Source: the human T2T-CHM13v2.0 reference genome, Homo sapiens. Taken from it: DNA of 64,000 nt. The position numbers were made by a program, and so were the translations under genes. The notes under the pieces are model-generated. The model ran no database searches, was not told the DNA's origin, and saw nothing but the letters and a program-made list of their open reading frames with translations. Below, piece after piece: positions 30,338 through 42,402 of this stretch. The stretch lies in NCBI RefSeq assembly GCF_009914755.1, contig NC_060948.1; one strand, written 5' to 3'. The stretch's first letter is position 1. Every line of letters begins with the position of its first letter.

Positions 30338-31583
30338 TTTGGGCTAAATGTGAACAAAACCTTCAACCTGCTGCATGATAATCTCACCTTTGCTTGACTG
30401 GCTAGCTCTGTTTTCTTGGTAGTTGGATGAAGAACATGCCAACAATGTTATGGACAATATTGCTTACAATATAGATGATCCCCTATTGGTAAATAGCATC
30501 ATGGCCAGGAAAAACCATAAAGACTTGAAAGAACCTAGTGGGAATACCACCCCACCTCAGGCTTCCTGGAGGGCAAGTTTTGGAGTCACTTTGCAGCTGC
30601 TATGTTCACTCTAGGGACAATGGAAACTCTGCTCATGGAGTATTTACAGGGAATATTGGCTGCTGTGAAGGCTGGGACTTCAATGCCAAGGAATACCCAA
30701 CTCCTGTGGATATGGACCTTATAGAGATCTTTGCATCTCAGCTAACCTTTGTGGAGTAGATGGTTCCCACATGCCAGCTGCAGCCTTCCTGATGAGCTGA
30801 GGGTCTTGTCTATATTGTTTTGAGTTGGTTGGCACCATGTTGACTTTGAGGAGTCTTGTTATTCTGCATGTTTAGTGTAACCTAAGAAGATCCTTACTGA
30901 ATATTAAAGAGCAAAGACAAGTGTCCCTCTAACAGAATACTGGCTAAACAATTGGTATTCTCTCTGATGCTTCTTACCTGCTTGAAAGCTCTTTTCTTTC
31001 ATCCTTCATAGTCACTTCTTACATCTGACACAACCTTCAGCTTTGCATTATTCCTTCATTATCTTTGTTTGCCCCACATTTCTTAAAAACATAGTTTTTA
31101 AATTGTGACCAAATGTACATGACATAAAATGTACCATTTTTATATGTACAGTTGAGGGGTATTAAGTGCATTCACATGGTTTTGCAAATGTACCTTTTTT
31201 TGGTCATCCTGTGTCCTTATTGTACTCTTTCCTGGTTTATGATGCAGTGTCTTATATATGATGTAATAAATGTCCCCTGGGTATCTCAGCCTTGTATACT
31301 CTGGTCTTCTGTTATATCATGTACACCTTGAGGGTAGAGATTGTGCCCTACTAATCTTCCTCCTTCATCACATGAAATATTGTCTCTGCACAGTAAATAT
31401 TCTTCAGTCTCCTTTCTGTCATGTTTTTCTGTATACCATGACACTTATTTGCCAAGGATCACTTTGACCCTCTAGGCAAAATTTCACCATTGGTAACAAT
31501 GCTAAAGTTCACATAAATCTTAAGTTGAATCTGAATTTTAAATATTTGAATATGTTTTGAGTCCCAAATTTGTCCAAAGCATA

Positions 31584-31742
31584 GCCACAGTGCCCAGCTA
31601 TTTATTTTCTGAATTTTTTTTTGGTAGAGATTGGGTCTTGCTATGTTCCCAAGGCTGGTCTGGAACTCCTAGGTTCAAGCAACCCTCCCTCCTTGACCTC
31701 TCAAAGTATTAGGATCACAGATATGAGCCACCATACATGGCC
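31584..31742 (-). mobile_element. AluJ left arm plus start of right arm; tail absent
   Basis: tgcccagcta...ggtagagattgggtcttgctatgtt...gagccaccatacatggcc. Confidence 0.85.
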
Positions 31743-31754
31743 AAAGTTTCATAT

Positions 31755-33460
31755 TATTTTAGAAGGTGATGAGTGTTCTGAAGTGAACTAGAGAAGGATA
31801 CGTGTTATCAGAGTTGCTGAGGAAGTTGCAGTACTTTAAGTAGGGTGATCAGTGACAACATCAATGAAAACAGAATGTGGCAGTCGAGAATTTAAAGAGT
31901 TAAGGGAAGAAGCCACGATGATATATGAGAAGGATGTTCCAGGCAGAGGGAAGAGCCAGTGCCAAGGCCCTGGGGTGGGAACATCCCTGTTCTCTTTAGC
32001 ACAGAGCAGTGTAATTGTCTGCTCTCATGCTGCCAGTAAAGGTATACCCAAGACTGTGTCACTTATAAAGGAGAGGTTTAATAGTCTCACTGCTCTACAT
32101 GGCTAGGGAAGCCTCACAATCATAGTGGAAGGCAAGGAGAAGCAAAGTCATGTCTTACATGGATGGCGGCAGGCAAGAGAGAGCATGTGCAGGGGAACTT
32201 TCCTCTATAAAACCATCAGATCTTATGAGACTTACTCACTGTCATGAGAACAGTATAGGAAATATCCATCCCCATGATTCTGTTACCTCCCATTACTTCC
32301 TTCCCACAATTATGGGAGCTACAATTCAATATGAGATTTGGGTGGGGACACAGCCAAACCATATCAAGCAGTAAGATACCTGTTGCCAGAAAAGAGTGAA
32401 TAGTAGGTATCAGAGTAGAGCAACACTATTGAGATATTTGTAATTCTGAGAACCAGGAAGAACAAATGGAAAGATTTCACCTGATAAATCATGTGTCAGA
32501 GTGTGTTTTAAAGCAGGACTTTGCTTAGCTGAGGCTTACCTGTCAGGGCAAGGATGGGATGAGGGAAACCAGTTAGAATACTGATGCAAGAGTCAAGATG
32601 AAAACCTACAACTGGAAACTGAGGAGAAGTGGCTCGGTTTTTTAACACATTTGAAATAAAATTTGCTCATGATTTGGATGTGGAGTGTGGGAGATGGAAG
32701 GAAGTCCAGAGTTTTTGGCCTAAACACTGGAGAAGGTAGAGGTGATCACAGGTGACATTGGAGGATGAGCTGGCAGAGATATTCTTCAGACATTATTAGA
32801 TTTGAATGTTTGAGTTTGAAAAGTCTATGAGACATCAAACATAATATATCGCATAAGGACATGTATGACAAAGTCTGAAGTTCAAGAGAGAAATCTGTGC
32901 TGAAGAGAAAAAATATCAGCCTAGATAGTGTCGATGGTATCTAAAGTTATGAGGCTGAATGAAATTATCAAGAGAGTTCTGTGGACAGAGAAGGCAAAGG
33001 GCAAAAGACCAAGGCTGGAGTGACTGGTAGTCATAGGAGGACCTGGAATGGAAATGAAAATAATTGTATACAGTGTAAAAGAATATCTGGTAACATTGAA
33101 GTCAATGGTTGAAAAAGGCATTTCAGTGAGACAGAGGTAGTCAACTAGGTGTAATTCAAATAAGTCTCAAATGAGCATCTATTGCTAAGATTTCCACTAC
33201 AGAGGCAACCAAAAAGTGTCATCATGCTTTTGTCTGTCTGATTGTGGCAGCTGAGATTGAATAGAGGTAGGAAGAGGTGAAAAAAGAATGAGGAAAATAG
33301 AAGACATAGCAATGCAAATGTCATTGTTGACCTTTACTGGAAAAGTAATAATTTTAGTGGAGTTTGGGGGTAAAAGCACAATTGGAGCAGCTTTCAGAGA
33401 GAATAAGGTCAATAAAATTGGGATCAATATGGATAAATATTTTCAAGGATATTTTCAGAA
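31755..33460 (-). mobile_element. Long degraded L2, interrupted by THE1B
   Basis: gttccaggcagagggaagagccagtgccaaggccctggggtggga; gagtttttggcctaaacactgg; ttgagtttgaaaagtctatgagacatc. Confidence 0.75.
32010..32366 (-). mobile_element. THE1B-like solo LTR with 5-bp TSD AGCAG
   Basis: tgta...cttacatggatggcggcaggcaagagag...gagatttgggtggggacacagccaaaccatatca; agcag at 32005-32009 and 32367-32371. Confidence 0.93.
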
Positions 33461-33469
33461 AAGGAGGCA

Positions 33470-33660
33470 TATATATTAAATATAATATTATATCATATAT
33501 AATATATATGATAGGAGGTAACTGAATCATGGGGATGGAGTTTTCCCATGCTGTTCTTGTGATAGTAAGTCTCATAAGATATTGTATTATATATTATATA
33601 TTAATATCAATTAGTTAATATTAACATTAATATTATATTATATATAATTATATATAATGT
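33470..33660. repeat. AT-rich (TA)n-like tract with an embedded 70-bp THE1 fragment
   Basis: atatattaaatataatattatatc...attatattatatataatt. Confidence 0.85.
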
Positions 33661-33744
33661 TTGTGTATTTCAGATGAGAAAATTGTTTTATCGCTTTTAA
33701 GGTGGGGAATCTAACCACATGTCTGTGTGCTGTAGGGTTGTAAA

Positions 33745-34020
33745 GTTTATTTCTCACTCATGTTCAAGGTTCACTAAGGGTTGACTGTGGCTGTTTCTGT
33801 GTCTTCTTAATTCTGGGACTCAGGCTGATATAGAAGACTCATTTCTTATTATTATTTTGGCAAAGGGCAAAAATGTGCATAACCGCATTTTTATCTCTTA
33901 AGGTCCTCACTTGCAAGTAGCCCTTTTAATTTCTGTTCATCTTTCACTAGCCAAAGCAAGTCAAATAGCTATAACTGAAGTTCTAAACTGAGTTAGTGTA
34001 ATTCTTTCCAGTTAGGGGCA
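33745..34020 (-). mobile_element. Old MLT1 (J/K-like) LTR fragment
   Basis: gtttatttctcactcatg...gggactcaggctgat...cactagccaaagcaagtca. Confidence 0.55.
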
Positions 34021-37000
34021 GGGCAATATTGAAAGAGTGTATTTGTCCCTGTGAGAGGGGAGGAAATTTCTTTATACAATAATACAACATACAAGAGGAA
34101 AGCAATTCTGATGATGTAGCAAGAGAGGAGTATTTTGTTGTTGGATTGTGGGGAGTCGATAGAATTTGAAGAGTAAGAGTCAGCTTTAGATATGATTTAT
34201 TTCATTCCTCTCTTATGAAAAGAGGGGGCACAGAAGATGGGAATGTTATTGTCACATGGGTAAATGGGTTGGTGGTGGTTTGTGTATGTTTTCTTCAGAT
34301 TGTTAGAATTTTTTCGGTGTAGTAAGAAGCCAGGTCATACGCTAACAGGGAAGACGGAGCAGGAAGGATTGGGGATTAGACGAGGGAGAAGAAGGTGCCA
34401 ACTATTTAGCAGAGCCTTTGAGAGAATTCATCAGAGAAGTTTATTATTCCAGGCATCTCCATGAGCCTACTGGAGGTTTGTGGTCCTGAGTTTAACATGA
34501 GACAAGTCAGCATGATTGAATATCTTTTTTCACCTGGCTAATTGGCAAAGGCGTAGCCACTGCATGCTGGGTGGAGAGGTAGATTTCACCAGGTTTGGTG
34601 TTGTGCCAAGGAAGAGTCAAAAATTAAGACTGGATTAGAACTGAAGGTGTCTGAAGGATGGTGGATCTGATATGACTCCACAACTCTAAGAAATGAAGAT
34701 CCAGTGCCACCATCCCCATCATGGAAATGACAAATGAATCAAACAAAATCATTTATCACTTTGTACAAGATTCGGAGGGCTTGTGTGTCTATGATCTCAG
34801 GCCTCAGAAAGAGTAAATTGGTTATTTTTTTCTCACATAACTCTGTGTGTGTGCATTAGTACAATTTTTTATTTTTGCCCTAGAATGTAAACATAAATTT
34901 GTCAAATTAAAGCAGTAAATTGGAAAAAAAATATACAGTTTTGTATTATCTGTAGAAAAAATGTTACCACAGCTATGTAGACTATGAAAATGGAAAAATT
35001 TATTATGTATTTAATTTTTACCCAAGAGCAGTAAAATGAAGACACCTATATAATTAGGCAGGTGACTGTTAAAATATTTGATTTTTTGTTGAAATTCCTT
35101 GGCTCAGAAAACAGGTTTCATGCCATGCTGAAAAATTACTTAGTTTGATGAAAAAGTGAACAAGACATGACAGTGAAATCATATAATGTTCAGACAGGAA
35201 ATAGCAAAAGTCTATTTTTTCAATAACTGGCTGGAGTAAGTTGTCCTCATTTTGGGTCAAGATCTTATTTTGGTGTCTCAGCTGAAGATACCCTCTTCAC
35301 AACCTATTAGGTATTGTGACATTGATTAAGTATTATCAAGCAGAAAGTATTTGTAGGAAATTCTTTGTACTGGGTAGGTAAGGCAATCGCTACCACAGGG
35401 GCATAGATTTTGAAACATTTCAGGAGGATCCAAAGTCTTACTGAGAAACCTAAGGCAGTCAGCAATTAGAGGATAAGATAATGGATGATTAACTACTACT
35501 GTGTGTGGGGTAGACAATTAGAGAACAATGCAACACACATGTTTTAAGGTGCTGATCATGAGTTTGAACAATGGTGAAAAATGGAAGAAAACATCACTGG
35601 CATGGGCTGACGCTGTCAGGGGTGGTGTGTTTTCTCATGTGCTGTTATCCTCTCATCAGTGTTGAGTTGGATAGTATTCCCAGGAATGGCTGCTTGGCTT
35701 CACTTCTCTTAACAGAGAATTGCTCTACCCCATAAATCTGCAGACACACCTGGATCTTGAATTTCCATTTTACTCTGGAAGATGTACAGCTGCAAACAAA
35801 ATCAAATCACATTTAGCGCCTTTCTGGAACTTCCCCAAGTACTCAGTAGTCATTCTAGCTCACATCTTAAGTCCCCTAGGGTTCAATAAGTATACTAAAT
35901 GCATATTTGAACCATTTCCAAAATCTAATTCACTTTGATCAACAGTTGTTTCCTATGAATTTGCTGTGTTTTCTTCAATATAGAATACTTTCTGTGATTA
36001 ATCTTTCAGTAGACCCAAGGTGAGGTAGATTACATTAAATTCTAAATCATGAATGATTCATTCTTTTACTGAAAGTAAACACATCTATCATATTGACTCC
36101 ATATCATATTCTGTTGTATATCCTCACTTAGATGTCTTTATTATTTTTTAGACAGCTTATATGATTGTTTAGAGCTTCAGGCAGTTTACATAGACAAAAT
36201 ATCTGAATAAAAGTACAATGATCATATTTTATTTTGTCAGTTTAAAATGATGTTTAATGATTTTAATGCCAGAGAAAACGTGTGTGTGTGCATGTATGTG
36301 CAAACATATTTTAAAGTAATGGTTTACTGAGAGGATTTTTTTTCTCTTTGTATGACTAAGATATCTGAAATTCTGCCAAAAGTTGTTGAAATACGCCCTT
36401 CTTAAAATGTCAATATGTCTATAACATATTTTTATGATATTTCAGTATTAGATATGTTCATTACCCCATGTACTAATTAGGTCTTATCTTGTGATGATGA
36501 GTCATTAGACCTATTATATTGAAAATATTTTTAGGTAGAAATTTATATAGTCTCTGAGTAAAATCTTATGTTGAGTATGTGGGTAAGTTGCCTTGGGATC
36601 ACCTGATTGTATTTTTATTGTTGCTGACTTTTCATCATTTTATTAATTTGGGAATAAGGACTTCTTTTTTATGGTGTAGTTCTGTATCACCTTCCCTTAG
36701 ATTATATTGTACAATGAACAGGCAGAAGATACTAAGATCTTATTAAAACTAGAACTTTGAACCTAAATGGGGATTTATGAAGCTAAATTAGCCTAATTGC
36801 ATATTACAATGACCACAGCATATTAATCAAACATGTGACCCTTACATTTGCAATTTAATGATCTTTAATATGAAAAGCATTTTGTAATATAATCTGCTTG
36901 ATGAACATTTGCTATTTTTACTAATTTTTACTTATCTAATTGTTAATTCATGCAATTTATCTAATTCTTAGTAATCTATATGATTCAAGCCTCTTATAGA

Positions 37001-37642
37001 TTTTTATCTCTACCCAGTTTTTCATCCAGCTGTCTTTCTGGTTATCTCTGCCTTGGTGTGCTTGAGTATTATTTCTGATTCTGTGACTCCAATGTACTTT
37101 GAAGTGTCTGAACTTGAGGTGGCAGAATCAAGGTACTTCTATAGAGGCCACTGAATTCCTTTTCTCATGATGAGGTACAGGAACCATTTCTCAAAGCTGC
37201 CAAAACACTGCCCCTTAGTCTATGCAAATCAGCCAGTACAAATGCATGTGACTCAATCAACATCATGAAACCACTTTTTGGAATGCCTGATGTTGACAAA
37301 ATGTGATCTTGTGACAATGTGATACATTTATTTAAGCCACCTTGTGGTATCAAATTGGCACCATTGACAACATACTTCTTAGACGCTAAGTGCAATAATT
37401 TGTTGCCTCTCATTTTCCTACACTGCTTTACTTCATTAAATCTGCATCATTAAAAATATTTATAGCATTGCTGAAGTCACTTCCCAGGAGCTAAGGAATG
37501 TCTCCATCTGTATGCTGATCCAGTTCCTGCTGGCATTTGCTTGGATGCAGAGGCCATCCATCTCTTGCCATTGATATTTGTCAATTGATGCTTTTTTTCC
37601 TTCTTTCCTGGTGACTTAGGAAAGGTTCTGATGCTATATCTG

Positions 37643-37806
37643 CTACAGATGCCACCATGGCCAGCTAATTTTTTAATTTTTGTTTTTGTAGAGACGGAGT
37701 ATTGCTGTGTTGCCCAGGATAGTCATCCACTCCTGGCCTCAAGTGATCCTCCTGGCTAGTCCTCCCAAAGTGCCAGGATTGGAAGTGTGAGACACCTCTC
37801 CCAGCC
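37643..37806 (-). mobile_element. AluJ left arm plus start of right arm; tail absent
   Basis: gccaccatggccagctaatt...tttgtagagacgg...ggcctcaagtgatcctcc. Confidence 0.85.
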
Positions 37807-38069
37807 CCAGTGCTTGATATTTAAGAGCTTCAGGCATGGAAAGATTTTGTCTGCCTGCCACAGCCTTCCATCATTTTGGGATGTATTTGCTTGAGACAGC
37901 TGAATATGTGACAACCTGAACTGTGGTTGCTGGCAATTGGAAAATAGTAGATTGTTCTGTTGATCTGCTGGGAGAAGTACAGCAGCCTGCAGAGGAATAG
38001 AAGCCCAGGGGTTTTATCTGGCACAGAATTACTCTAGAGAGCCATGTAAAAAATTTAATTTCTGTTTTT

Positions 38070-38365
38070 ATAATTTATTGTTATTATTTTTAGAGACAGG
38101 GTCTTGCTCTGTCTCTCAGATTGGAGTAGGATAATCATAGCTCACTGCAACCTTGAAATCCTCAGGTTGAGTGATCCTCCCACCTCATCTTCTCAAGTAG
38201 TTGGGATGACAGGCGTGCACCACTATACCTAGCTAATTTCTCTATTTTTATTTTTGTAGAAACAGTATCTCTCTCTGCTGCCCAGTCTGTTCTTGAACTC
38301 TTGGCCTCACGTAATCCTCCCATCTAGTTCTCCTGAAGTCCTGGGGTTATGGGTGTGATCGTGCC
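38070..38365 (-). mobile_element. AluJ
   Basis: tagagacagggtcttgctctgtc...catagctcactgcaacc...gtgatcctcccacctca. Confidence 0.88.
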
Positions 38366-40341
38366 TATCCATTTGGTTGCTGTTTTTAAATTTGTACCTT
38401 TATTGTCATGCTAAATAGGAATTCTGATGGTACTGTTGGCTGAATAGGGTCAACTGGAACACACATTTTTGTTTTACAGGTAAATACGATGAAACTTAAA
38501 ATGTAGCTAATGTTATTCCTGAAACGAATATGTGAAGTTCTAATTTAGGGACAAAAATTAAAAAAAAAAAAAACATGTTGCATGTATTAAACACCTTGTT
38601 GGCTATGTTTCATCTGTAATTTCATTTGGAGGTAGCCATTGCTTCTTAACTCATGCTAACCGTGCTTTAGAGCTATTGATTTTTAGCAGCTACTATGCTT
38701 TCATGCTTGCAGATCATTTATCTCTTTGGAAACTCTATTTGATGACAAAGCTGGCTCTGTTACAGAGTAATGGTAAAAGAAATGACTTACCAGAATTTCA
38801 AGTGAAATGTGCAACATACATGATGATGCATGGTGACTGCTATAACTATTTCCTAATGTTGTTATTTAACAGCCATGAAAGCATCCAACTGAAATAGGAT
38901 TGAATGGCTTAGTTAGCTCAATGTTTTTGAAAGCTTTCTCAGTAAAGCATGGTGCCAGGCACCAAGTGGTTCCTTATAGAGGAGCCAGAGTTAATTTTGA
39001 TGATGTTTTAAAAACGCTGCTAGAAATTGGGTGGTGTTTTCCAAATGATCTTCCTAGTAATTATTTATGCTATGAATCAGAAAGGTTACCATCTCTCTGG
39101 ATGGAAATGGATAGTCATATGTGCACAAATTCAGGGATTTGGCCTCCTATGATAAAGCCCTGTCTTCCCCCTCATTTATGTGATGATTGTGCACTATCTG
39201 AATGATGAGAAACCCATTGGCCAGTTTTCACTTGTGCATGGCTGGAGGTGCTTGCTGCAGCTCTGTGATGTCCTGAGCCAGCATGCTTGTGGAGTTCCAG
39301 TCTGCTGCATGAACAATTGAAGAAACATGATCTTCCTAAATTTTTCACAAGCTGCTAAATGAGTGATTTGTGTTTCTTTTGAATTCATGCTGCAACTGGA
39401 AATGCTTGCTCCTTCCCAGGTTATTGCTCAATCTACATGCCATTTGAGGATGCAGATAATTACTGAATCTTTATGGAAGCATCCCATCTTAGTCCAGATT
39501 TCCCTTTTCACAGACCAAAAGGTCAAAGTCAGACTTGGCAGACAACACAGCTTCAGTCTCATGGGGGGATTTCTTTGTCTTATCAACCTCAGTCATGGGC
39601 TTTCCAGCCATTATAATTTCACATGTAATATGGAGGGTATTGTTCCAAGAAAGTGTGGTGCCTCAGTAGGGTTGGAGGAGGCACATGCAGCTGATATAGC
39701 TAAAGAAGAGTGTGTTAAAAGTGGAAGGAGGCAAATTAAAAGCACTAAGGAAAGTTTCTTTTACACACCACAGAAAGGTTTACAAAACATCGAGGAAGCT
39801 TCAGACCCAATCCAGGTACTGCTTTTACTTCTGAACTATGTCATAATTTGTGATATCAGAATATTCTATGGAATCTATGGATACCTGCAGAAATAGTTTG
39901 CTGTTGTTCCCATTCTGCATTATACATTTATAAGCAGTTGCTGTATCATGGGATACATAATGTTCTTTAATCCTAATAGGGGCATCAGTTCTAAATATAA
40001 CCAAAACAATTGTGAAAGGCACACATGCACAGGTTGGCATATAGAGATGGAGATGGCCGATACGTTGTGTTTTGTACAGATGGGAATGCTTTCTGTGTCC
40101 TGCCCCCACACTGCAGGACAGCTGACAGGTAGTCCAAATGCCCATGTAGACAGCTGGACTCCAGACAGCTTGCTGGTACTGTCTGGCACGCCTTCAAGTC
40201 CTGACTTTCTTGGGTCCCTAATGGAATTTACATTACCTGAAATTTCCGGGAGTTTGTGAGGCTGGCTAAACAGATTCCCTAAATAACTGGAGATGTGCAG
40301 TCAGAGAGCGAATAGACAAAGAAGGATGCGGTGGCTGTCAG

Positions 40342-40915
40342 TGTATTCATTTTCTTTTGCTGCATATTTGATTACTGCAAATTTAGTGGCTTAAAATGAC
40401 ACACTTTTGTCATCTCACAATTCTTGTGGGTCAGGTTTCTGGGCATGTCTGAACTGGATTTAGTGCTCAGTGCCACACGGGGATGAAATCAAGGTGTCGG
40501 CTGGGTAGCATGATTCTCTGAAGGTTCATAGTCCTCTTCCAAGCTCACTCAGGAATTGGCAGAATTAGTTTATTTCTGTTGTAGGATCGAAGTCCCCTTT
40601 CCTTTCTCTCTGTCAGCAGGAGCTGATTTCAGCTCATAGAGGTCCCCCAAGCAGCTTGTTGCCATGCAGCCTTCTCAGGGACCATCTTCCAATATGTTCA
40701 TGCATGCATGCCTGCATCTTCATGTCCAGCAGGGGAATCTCTTGCTCCAGTCTGCTAAGAAAAGGAAAAATCTTAGATAACATAACCAAGGCAATAGCAT
40801 CGCATTCCATTTCCTAGGTAACATAACATACTCACAGGATGACTTCTAACAACTTCATAAGTCCAGCTCATATTCACCTTCCTGGGATTAAAGGAGGGCA
40901 TGGCTTATCGGGTCC
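40342..40915 (-). mobile_element. MLT1E/F-like LTR
   Basis: tgtattcattttc..tgctgcata...aatttagtggcttaaaa...aatcaaggtgtcggctggg...ttccaagctcactcagg..ttggcagaatt. Confidence 0.75.
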
Positions 40916-40939
40916 TTCCAACTTATAAATACTCCAATA

Positions 40940-41631
40940 TATAAATTTCCCAGGGCTTCTATAACATATTACCACAAACAGGGTAGCTTAAAACAACAGA
41001 AATGTATTCCCTCCAGTTCTGGAGGCCAGAAAACCAAAATCCAGGTGTTGTCAGGGTTGGTTTCTTCTGCACCTTCTGAGGGAGAATCTGTTCCTGCCTC
41101 TCCTACTTTATGGGGGCTGCCAGTAATTTTTGGCTTTTCTTGGCAGTGTCACTTCAATACTGTCTTCATCTTTCCAAGGCCTTCTTCTCTGCATATGTTT
41201 CTGGATGCTCTCTTCTTCTAAAGACACAGTCATTGGATCGAGGGACCATTGCAAATACATGATCATTTTATCTCTAAGGAGATTACATAGTCACATCTGC
41301 AAAGACCCTGCAGTAGTACCTCCTTATCCATTGTTTTGTTCTCCGTGGTTTCAGTTCCCGGTGATCATTTAATCTCTTGGCTTAATCAGTTAACTCTTGA
41401 GAGATTAAGAGTTAATCTCTTACTGAGCATAATTTATAAATTAAACTTTATTATGGGCATGTATACATAGGAGAAAACATAGTATCTATAGAATTTGGTA
41501 CTAGCTGCAGCTTCACATCTTGGAGCCTATCCTCACGCATAACAATCTGGGGTGTTATGTATTTCCAAATAGGGTCACATTCTGAGAATCTGGTAGATGT
41601 GGGTTTCTGCAACATTATTCAACACAATACA
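40940..41631 (-). mobile_element. MLT1B/C-like LTR, interrupted by MER44
   Basis: accacaaac...cttaaaacaacagaaatgtatt...cagttctggaggccagaa...catctgcaaagaccct|tatttccaaatagggtcacattctgag. Confidence 0.8.
41311..41559 (+). mobile_element. MER44-type (Tigger7-related) MITE with internal deletion
   Basis: TIR cagtagtacctccttatcc; ttaatctcttactgagcataatttataaattaaacttt...gaaaacatagtat. Confidence 0.75.
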
Positions 41632-41829
41632 CCCTGTCATGCTTTGCCTGTGACCTGACACTGCCCAATTCTCTGGTATAATCTTGCAGCAGACTCTCCT
41701 TTACCTTTTCTGGAATATTTCCTTACAACTCTCTTTCTGACTCCTTGACTCCCAATTCAGATCATCTAAAACTAAGAGTAATATTTAGGGATTATCTTGC
41801 TGACCATTAGAGAAGATGGGGTCACTAAC

Positions 41830-41853
41830 AGATAGATAGATAGGTAGGTAGGC

Positions 41854-41901
<48 letters not shown>

Positions 41902-42143
41902 TGATAGATAATAGATGTGAATCGATAGATGGAAATGGATGGATAGTAAGATGATAGCTAGGTGATATATGTATATATAGACAGATAGATAGAAAGATAG
42001 ATAGATAGATAGATAGATGATAGAGATGGATAGATATAGATACATAGATAAATGATAGCTCATAATGGATAGATATAGGTAGATAGAGGTGGAGAGATAA
42101 AAGACAGAAAGTAAGACATATAGATATAGATAAGCAGATAGGT

Positions 42144-42185
<42 letters not shown>

Positions 42186-42241
42186 AGGTAGAGATAGAAA
42201 CAGGTAGACAGGTATATAGATGATGGGTATATAGATGAGAG

Positions 42242-42291
<50 letters not shown>

Positions 42292-42402
42292 GCAGGCAGG
42301 CAGACAGAGAGACAGATACATAGGCAGGTAGGTAGGTAGAGGACAGAGGGATAGATAGGTAGACAGAGAAATAGATTGTAGATTGGAGAGACGGATAGAT
42401 AG
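41830..42402. repeat. Large compound (GATA)n/(GGTA)/(GGCA) satellite-like tract
   Basis: ~570 bp with three pure runs of ~10-12 GATA units and degenerate spacers. Confidence 0.97.

Noticed and set aside
30423-30759. Protein-like short ORFs (MDEEHANNVMDN...) as an exon or pseudogene
   Set aside because: Non-ATG starts, no family recognised and no convincing splice pair.
39363-39896. 177-aa ORF in unique sequence
   Set aside because: GTG start, no recognisable domain, overlapping antisense ORFs; not supportable without homology or expression data.
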